This document shows, in pieces, positions 57,389 to 64,000 of a DNA stretch of 64,000 nt. A program made the position numbers and the translations under genes. This DNA is from Corallochytrium limacisporum Hawaii (taxonomy: Eukaryota > Protista > Pluriformea): positions 62,001 to 126,000 of the forward strand of contig PDIP01000009.1 in assembly GCA_002811645.1 (NCBI GenBank). Direction: 5' to 3'. How positions within the stretch are numbered: the stretch's first letter is position 1; the number at the start of each line of letters is the position of its first letter. Under the pieces are notes generated by a model that did no database searches, had not been told where the DNA came from, and worked only from the letters and a program-made list of their open reading frames with translations.

Positions 57389-57949
57389 GGTAACAAATCT
57401 TCCGAACTATGGGCCAGTACAAGATATTTCATGCGCTGGTTTTGTTCCAGCATATGTGCATCTAAGCGTGTGTGCAGCTAAATACCAATGTAGACGACAT
57501 CTATGAATGCCTGTCGATTCATAAGGCTCGGTACGATCCCTGTGTTTCCCATTGTGACGTTTGTTCCCTTTCCGTTCTCGTTCGACCGGATGGTGGTGAA
57601 TGCTATATCCTCTGGGAGGCCCCTGCAATCGCCCCCTGCTTAACCCCCCCTTTCTATCCACTGTCTCTGCGTAAGCTCTCATTTTCGTTTTCTCTCATAA
57701 GCTACCGTATGTTGAATGTTAGTCTACAGGGTTTCAGAGTCTTGTTTGTATTCCTTTTTTGGTTGCTCCACAGTCGTCCCAGAGAAAATTCACGAGCGGT
57801 AGCGAAACACGGCACAAACGTTATATATTACCCGCTGCATCCCGTGCCAAAATGTAGATGAGCTGCTGCTACCGGCAGCGCACCAGACGCGCGCACCGCA
57901 ACCGCTACTACGACTCAGAAACCCTCCGCCTTCTCCATCTGAAAGAACC

Positions 57950-58500
57950 GCTCTCTTACCAAAGAACTTCCCCGCCGGCAGAGCTAAGAACGCAAAGCCA
58001 CAGCAATGAGCATCTGCACAATCTCCCCCGTCCGGACCCACAATATCGGCTCCCCGCCACCCTAACCACTTCCGCGATACGAACAGCGCTTCGGTAATAT
58101 ATATAAATCACCGACTTTACTCACTGTTACACCCTGGTAGTTATGCTCGCACTGGAATAGTAAGCATTGTCGGCTTCTGCTGAGATTGCAAATATCTCTA
58201 CTGCTCTACTGGTTTCTATAGTTTACGCATTACTGGATTGTACGTGCACACATCAAAATGGGAGTCTATTTTCTCTTGATCTACGAAAACCCCGAATAAT
58301 ACGAATACGACCAATGTCACACAAATAGTATTGGCTTGAGCGTAAACGGCCTCTCGGAGTTGCCAGCAACGAACACGGACCAAGGCTGACGAACTGTGAT
58401 AATCATCCAAAATCGGGGGTCCAAAGACTAAGACCAAGCCGGGGTAGCGAAAAAAGGTGGCAGACGGAGCTGTGTAGCCAAGCCGTTCCGTGGTCTGAGA
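57950..58500 (-). mobile_element. Decayed Ty3/Gypsy RT relic, minus strand
   Basis: Single frame (track ORF 58216-58797): LGYTAPSATFFR, ILDDYHSSS (58402-58413), QLREAVYA, GVFVDQEKID; downstream ADAHCCGF..GK is RNase H-like. Confidence 0.55.
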
Positions 58501-58711
58501 CCCAGGAAATAGCTCTCTCACGCTGGCACTCCGCGGAGGGTAAATTGGGGAACCTTTTGGCCTTGACGAGACTGCGAATAACATCGAATATAGCGGAAGA
58601 TAATAGAAGGAAAAAGCCCTAATTGTCACACCTGTTCCGCAATAGTTGCTTTCCAGGTATCTTAAGCAGACGACTGAAGGGTATGACAGTGTCAATGTCA
58701 AAGTTTCCAAC

Positions 58712-60043
58712 ATGATGAACACCGGGGCAAAGGAGGTGTCATGTGACCGACTGCGTATCTCAACAATGCAAGTGAACAGGCGTATGTTGTCTGCCAAGGC
58801 GGTGTACGGCTTGTACTTTGCGGGTGCGTCTGCATTGACACCATACTTGCCGGTGATTCTCAGAGCGAGGGGGTTCTCGCCTACTCAAATTGGACTGATT
58901 TCTGGGCTTCGGCCTAGCTATGGATTCGTCGGTTCAATTTCATTGTGCGCGATCTCTGACAAGTTCAACTTGCATCAAATTGTCCTCTATTCTTCGTTCA
59001 TAATCGGAAGTTTACTCAAGCTGGCATATTGGATATGCGATACATATCTGCAGTTCTTTATTGCTGCGACACTTGCAGCGGTGGTGGCAGGGCCCGTCAT
59101 TCCCTTAATTGACAGCAGTGTGGTTGCAATGTTGGGTGATCGGCCACAAGACTATGGTAAGCAGCGAGCATGGGGTGCTGTTGGGTGGGGCGGTATGTCT
59201 CCAGTTGTTGGTTACCTTGCGGCCCACTTTGGAGAGCACGCATATTTCTTTTGCTTTGCAACTCTAGCAGTGCTCACCCTAATGACCATGGCAAGAATCC
59301 CGGTAAAGAGGACCCCCAACAAGGACCCATTCTGGCAAAATCTAAAGCTTGTCATTCGCAGCATGGAATTCCTTGAGGTCTTATACCTGGTTACCATATG
59401 CGGTCTAGCTTTTGGTTCTATCTCAAACAATTTGTTTTTGTATATTGATGATCTTGGTGGTAACAGCACCATCATGGGACTATCTCTGCTATTCACTTGC
59501 ATATCTGAGGTTCCTGTACTACAATTCAGCCATCATTTCCTAGAGCGCATGGGTGTGGAAGCGGTGATTTACACCAGCATAGCATGCTATGTGTTGCGAT
59601 TGACTTTGTATTCCATCACTACAAATCCGTATATGATCTTGCCAGTTGAATTTCTGCACGGGATCACGTTTGGTGCTATGTGGGCGAGCACAACCTACTT
59701 TGCGCAGACGCGTGCACCAGCAAACCTTAAGGCAACTATTCAAGCTATGCTTTCCGGATTATGGTCAGGTGTTGGTGCCGGCACTGGCGCTGTGATCAGC
59801 GGAAGAATGTACGACGAGTTTGGGGGTGCACAGACCTTTCAATACTGCGCAATTTTCATGGCAGGAGCTGGTCTCTTAGGTCTCTGTGGTAGACTTGTGC
59901 GTGTGCATTTCTATGGCCGCGCTGATGATATTGAACTACTGAAGATGGACACGTTTGCCTATACTGCCCTCGATGACAAGGAACAATTTGGTGACGGCGA
60001 GAGCAGTGGAGACATCTATGGTGATCCAGAGGATGCGATCTAG
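58712..60043 (+). CDS. MFS transporter, MFSD6-like
   Basis: YGKQRAWGAVGWG, ISEVP, EFLHGITFGAMW; ~12 TM. First ATG is 58712 (track start is TTG). Confidence 0.85.
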   Translation: MMNTGAKEVSCDRLRISTMQVNRRMLSAKAVYGLYFAGASALTPYLPVILRARGFSPTQIGLISGLRPSYGFVGSISLCAISDKFNLHQIVLYSSFIIGSLLKLAYWICDTYLQFFIAATLAAVVAGPVIPLIDSSVVAMLGDRPQDYGKQRAWGAVGWGGMSPVVGYLAAHFGEHAYFFCFATLAVLTLMTMARIPVKRTPNKDPFWQNLKLVIRSMEFLEVLYLVTICGLAFGSISNNLFLYIDDLGGNSTIMGLSLLFTCISEVPVLQFSHHFLERMGVEAVIYTSIACYVLRLTLYSITTNPYMILPVEFLHGITFGAMWASTTYFAQTRAPANLKATIQAMLSGLWSGVGAGTGAVISGRMYDEFGGAQTFQYCAIFMAGAGLLGLCGRLVRVHFYGRADDIELLKMDTFAYTALDDKEQFGDGESSGDIYGDPEDAI

Positions 60044-60339
60044 GCGACAAACAGGTGCCACTCTCCAACTTGGATGGTTGAGGATTGTCATTAAAATACG
60101 ATAATTTAGTTAGGGGTTCTGTTTGTATTGTGACCTTTGTTTTCTACGGTCTCGTTGTCCGTGCCTCCCGTGCTGACCGGTATGTATAATTGGTAGGGAT
60201 CGAAGAAAGGAGGGGAAGACACGGTGCACAAAGCTTTTCGCGCAAAAAAAAAAAAGGGGGAAAAAAATTTCACGCAATCCGCTACTTAACGTATCCGTTC
60301 AGAACCGGAAGCCCTGAGAAACCCGCCCGCTTGTTTTGC

Positions 60340-60660
60340 GGCTTGTGTGTGCATTTGCTAACCGCTCACGCGCTCCCCTTTTGTTGATGCCGCAAGAATC
60401 CCTTCATTGCAATACCCAACCTACTCGCAGAGCGGGCGATACGGGATTCATTAATTCATTTCCGTTGAGATGCGAGGAGGGACGATACCAAAGAAAAGAG
60501 TTCGGAAACCGAAGTGCTGCTGATAGTATGGGCGGCGAGCGGGACAATATGTTCACTCCACCTTTCCACACACCTCAACAAATCCATCGACTAGTGTCAC
60601 TGTTCCCCTGTTGCTGTTGCCCAGTACGACACTGTACATACAAACCGCCGTACCTCAAAT
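60340..60660 (+). mobile_element. Possible RNase H relic
   Basis: RLVCAFANRS, YSQ, HRLVSLF, YKP in RNase H order. Confidence 0.3.
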
Positions 60661-60853
60661 CCGAAAGGACCCAAAGGAGAGAGTCGCGATATGACCTGAT
60701 AATGTATTTGGGCAGCCCCAGTTTACACATTCCCAATTCGGATTACTAGATTAGTATCTGCAATTACCAGAACTGCAGTAACTGTGGTTTCGTGAAACTG
60801 GGGATCTCGTGCAATGTAAGGGCACCATTAGTAGTGAGTAGTACTAACGAACG

Positions 60854-63800
60854 ATGCGGCTTCAGCAGACAGTTCCGTCCGCTGTTGCCGTGTCTCCTCA
60901 GGAGACTGTGCGACAAGCGGGAGAATTTGGCTCCGCCAATGTGATCGATGGTGCGAGTCTTGAAGGCTTCCCTCACATTGCTTTTGTAACATGCGCAGGA
61001 AGTGTAGTCATCCAACGAGAAGACTTTGTATTCGTTCAGCGGTTGTCCGCAAAGGAGCTCGGTATACATGTTCCGAACTGCGTGCGTTGGAACAAGCTTA
61101 CTGGAGAACTGGCGGTAGGAACGGGTCCAATGCTGCTAATTTTTGAACCTAGATTGTCTTCAGTACCTGCAAGATTTGCATGCTCTATGAGGGTGCGGTC
61201 AAGTCGAGGTCCTACGGACGATGAAAGATATGAGGTGTCTCCATATGCAGTGAATGGAAACGTTACCTGGGTCCTGACTTCCAGTGTTGCCTGTGATTCT
61301 GATGTGCAGTCCTGTGACTGGAGTCCGGTATCGGGAAACTCTTTGATTTTGTCGACAAACACAGAACTTCAACGGCTTAGACGTCACGTTAGTGGACCTG
61401 GACGGGCGCAGAGATTTACTGTGTTGGCCAGCATGAAGCTTCCGAATCCGGCGAAACTTGTCAGAGTCTCGCCAGATGGTCGATTGTTTGCGACAGTCGG
61501 CTCGTATGACCGGCATGTCAAGGTCTGGTTCCGACCTGAAATGCGCTCGGATCTTCGACTCGGTGACGAAACCGGAAGACCACGGCATCTTGAATCAGAC
61601 TACATGTTCATATACGTAACCCATGCGAGGGCGGTAAATTCTTTTAGCTGGAGAACACCGAGGGCGGTTTTGCAACAGAGTGGGAGACAGGATGGCGACC
61701 TTCCTAGTGAATATCCCACCAATGTTCTGCTCACTAGTAGCATTGACGGCTACCACAGATTGTGGTGTGAATCATCGCCTATCGAGAGCGTGAATTTCTA
61801 TCTGGGACTCATCTTAGCACCAGCATCTGCGGAGGAATCTTATGGAAGTGAAGATGGTACCCACGCAGCCGCTTTCTGGATTGACAATGTCGCTGTCCGT
61901 CACTGTTTGAATCCATCAAGTTTTGAACCATCCCTTGACCCCGTGAAGACTCCAGGAGACGAACTAGAGAACGGCGTGCGCCATAAGACCCACAACCCTC
62001 TCCGGCAGTCAATTGGATTCCAAACTGAGCCAACGTACAATGGAGGGGAGAAGGTTCTGCGAATGTCCTCGGCGTCGTCGACTACTTCAATGCAGTCATA
62101 TCACGGACATCATGTCCCACTAGTAGACAGGAGAAGTCGCCTGCAAATCAACGTCGTGGATGAAGAACAGACAATTGTACAGAGCTTGGTGCATATGGAT
62201 GGCATTGGCACCAACATCGTCACAAGTGGAGGCATCATGCGTCTGAATGTGGACTTCCTAGCTGTCTTTTGCACCAACAACACCGTGAAGGTTTACCAGA
62301 TCGAAGGCCTAGCTGATGCTCCGCGGCGAATGATTAGAAAGTCCCTACTCAGCTGCGAAGAGATGCTATCTAATGGAAAGGCTTATAAGTTTGCACCTAT
62401 GGTGCGCATCTATGCAGAGAATAGCCATGTACATGGTGATCATGGATATGGGGTGAACAAGGAGCTTTATGTGCTTGCTGTTGGGAACGATCAAGATTTA
62501 CTCAAGTACCATCTCGGTATTTCCGTAAAACCGCGGTTTCAAATTTCTAAGTTTGAGTTCCGAGCCAGACTGCGAGGTCATTCTGATACAATCAGGCAGC
62601 TACGACTGCACCCAAGCAAGCCGCTGTTTGCATCGATATCCCAGGATGAATTGATGGTATGGAAAACGTTCCGTGTGCCCTCCATGGCGAAAAGGAAACA
62701 GGTCATTGAAGAAGTTGATCGCTGGAAGGATTCACTTTCTATACGATGCTGTTCATGGAGTGTTGTAAGCAACCATATCCTCGTTGCAACAGAGGAGACA
62801 GCCTACTTTGCTTCTGTCACCGATTCTGCAATCGAGATCATGAAAGAGGTACCTGAGTTTGCAGGAGCACGAGCAATCATCTGCATTCGATGCATATTTG
62901 ACAGTCGGCGCGGTTATTTCGTGGGTGTGTTCGAAGACCGCACTCAGGTTGTTGGCATGATTGTCAGACAAGACGAGCACGATGTTGAGAAGGTGAGTCT
63001 GGAGAAACCTGCTGCAAGCACCCTTCCTGACTTGAGCGATCCTCCACTCTGTATCGACGGTGGCGATATCCCTGGATTGGGTTTTAATATCTTTCTTGGC
63101 ACAAAACAAGGCCAAGTTCGGCAGTACGCCTGGGATGAGGACTATTCCATGTGGATGTTAATGGATGTTTTAGACGACGAGTTAGTGAGAGGAATGGAAG
63201 TGTCAAGGATCAGCGTAGCCCATTCCAATCTGATCGCTGTAAGCTATGGCTCTTCCAAGTCATCTAAGTCTGAGGTGTACATCTGGGAAGCGATGTCCAG
63301 TGGTGGCGAATTTGGTGTCCAGCAGCGAATCAACCTCGACGGCAGAGTAACCTGGCTTGAATGGACTGGCATTGGGGATGGGTCTGTCATCTTAGGTATC
63401 TGCTGTAACAACATTGTTCAACTATTCTACAGCAGCAGCTCTGGAGATGTCATCTCAACCGTGCATCAGGAATGGGATTGCCTGTACACTATTGATTGTC
63501 GGGAAAAGTTTGAGACTTCTGAACATTTGTTGATATGTTGGACTCATGACGGTTCCATCGCTGTTTGTGACCACAGTTTGGTTGAGATTTATACGAAGTG
63601 GCTGCCGTCCCACTACTACGAAATCGACGACAAACAAATTGCCATGGAAAACGAAGACGTTGTCGAGGATGTGGAGGAGGAAGACGTCAGCAGTGTCGAT
63701 TTTGAGGCACAGCTCAAAGCAGACGCTGGTATGCTGCCCTCAATTTTTGATCTCAAAAGGTACCATAGCCACAGAATTCCATTCTATCACCCAACTGTGC

Positions 63801-64000
63801 TTTCCTCTGCGATTGCGGAAAACGCATATGCATTAATTTTACGCCTTCTGCAGGACCTCTACCGTTACATTGATCTCATCAGTAGGGAAGACGAAGACAA
63901 GGACCAGGGTAGGCTTGATCCCTATATGGACTCAGTAAGTGTCCTGAAGGAGCTGGTGCCTTCAGAGCTGAATGAATTGGTCGAGGCTCTTCAGAAGTCT
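60854..64000 (+). CDS. DMXL: DmX-like/Rabconnectin-3 (Rav1) WD40 protein, 5' part
   Basis: Not in the ORF track (no stop in window). ATG 60854 follows an in-frame TAA: MRLQQTVPSAV..., LAVGTGPMLLIFEP, SPDGRLFATVGSYDRHVKVW, FIYVTHARAVNSFSWR, NVLLTSSIDGYHRLWCE match the DMXL N-terminus. Confidence 0.88.
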   Translation, partial: MRLQQTVPSAVAVSPQETVRQAGEFGSANVIDGASLEGFPHIAFVTCAGSVVIQREDFVFVQRLSAKELGIHVPNCVRWNKLTGELAVGTGPMLLIFEPRLSSVPARFACSMRVRSSRGPTDDERYEVSPYAVNGNVTWVLTSSVACDSDVQSCDWSPVSGNSLILSTNTELQRLRRHVSGPGRAQRFTVLASMKLPNPAKLVRVSPDGRLFATVGSYDRHVKVWFRPEMRSDLRLGDETGRPRHLESDYMFIYVTHARAVNSFSWRTPRAVLQQSGRQDGDLPSEYPTNVLLTSSIDGYHRLWCESSPIESVNFYLGLILAPASAEESYGSEDGTHAAAFWIDNVAVRHCLNPSSFEPSLDPVKTPGDELENGVRHKTHNPLRQSIGFQTEPTYNGGEKVLRMSSASSTTSMQSYHGHHVPLVDRRSRLQINVVDEEQTIVQSLVHMDGIGTNIVTSGGIMRLNVDFLAVFCTNNTVKVYQIEGLADAPRRMIRKSLLSCEEMLSNGKAYKFAPMVRIYAENSHVHGDHGYGVNKELYVLAVGNDQDLLKYHLGISVKPRFQISKFEFRARLRGHSDTIRQLRLHPSKPLFASISQDELMVWKTFRVPSMAKRKQVIEEVDRWKDSLSIRCCSWSVVSNHILVATEETAYFASVTDSAIEIMKEVPEFAGARAIICIRCIFDSRRGYFVGVFEDRTQVVGMIVRQDEHDVEKVSLEKPAASTLPDLSDPPLCIDGGDIPGLGFNIFLGTKQGQVRQYAWDEDYSMWMLMDVLDDELVRGMEVSRISVAHSNLIAVSYGSSKSSKSEVYIWEAMSSGGEFGVQQRINLDGRVTWLEWTGIGDGSVILGICCNNIVQLFYSSSSGDVISTVHQEWDCLYTIDCREKFETSEHLLICWTHDGSIAVCDHSLVEIYTKWLPSHYYEIDDKQIAMENEDVVEDVEEEDVSSVDFEAQLKADAGMLPSIFDLKRYHSHRIPFYHPTVLSSAIAENAYALILRLLQDLYRYIDLISREDEDKDQGRLDPYMDSVSVLKELVPSELNELVEALQKS

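Overview
Eukaryotic nuclear DNA with 14 apparently intronless protein genes: an ARM-repeat protein (partial), mS37/CHCHD1, BLTP1/Csf1, sestrin, GPN3, PHF12-like, PNPase, DRG1, an SLC38/AVT-type amino-acid transporter, BolA2, MARK kinase, an RWA/CASD1-type O-acetyltransferase, an LRR-pseudokinase-pseudoHECT protein and an MFSD6-like transporter, plus the 5' part of a 15th, DMXL/Rav1. The gene set and lack of introns suggest an intron-poor unicellular holozoan (inference). Main observations: (1) nearly every promoter-containing spacer appears to be built from heavily frameshifted Ty3/Gypsy pol relics (RT, RNase H and integrase motifs in the correct order, both strands), while the four convergent spacers are only 69-302 bp; (2) a chimeric 330-bp segment upstream of the RWA gene is, on the + strand, antisense to both neighbouring convergent genes; (3) that segment shows an unusually insertion/duplication-rich mutation pattern; (4) the 1503-aa LRR protein has degenerate catalytic motifs in both its kinase and HECT domains. 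All relic calls are manual motif readings and need frameshift-aware searches. No tRNA, rRNA or CRISPR array was recognised.
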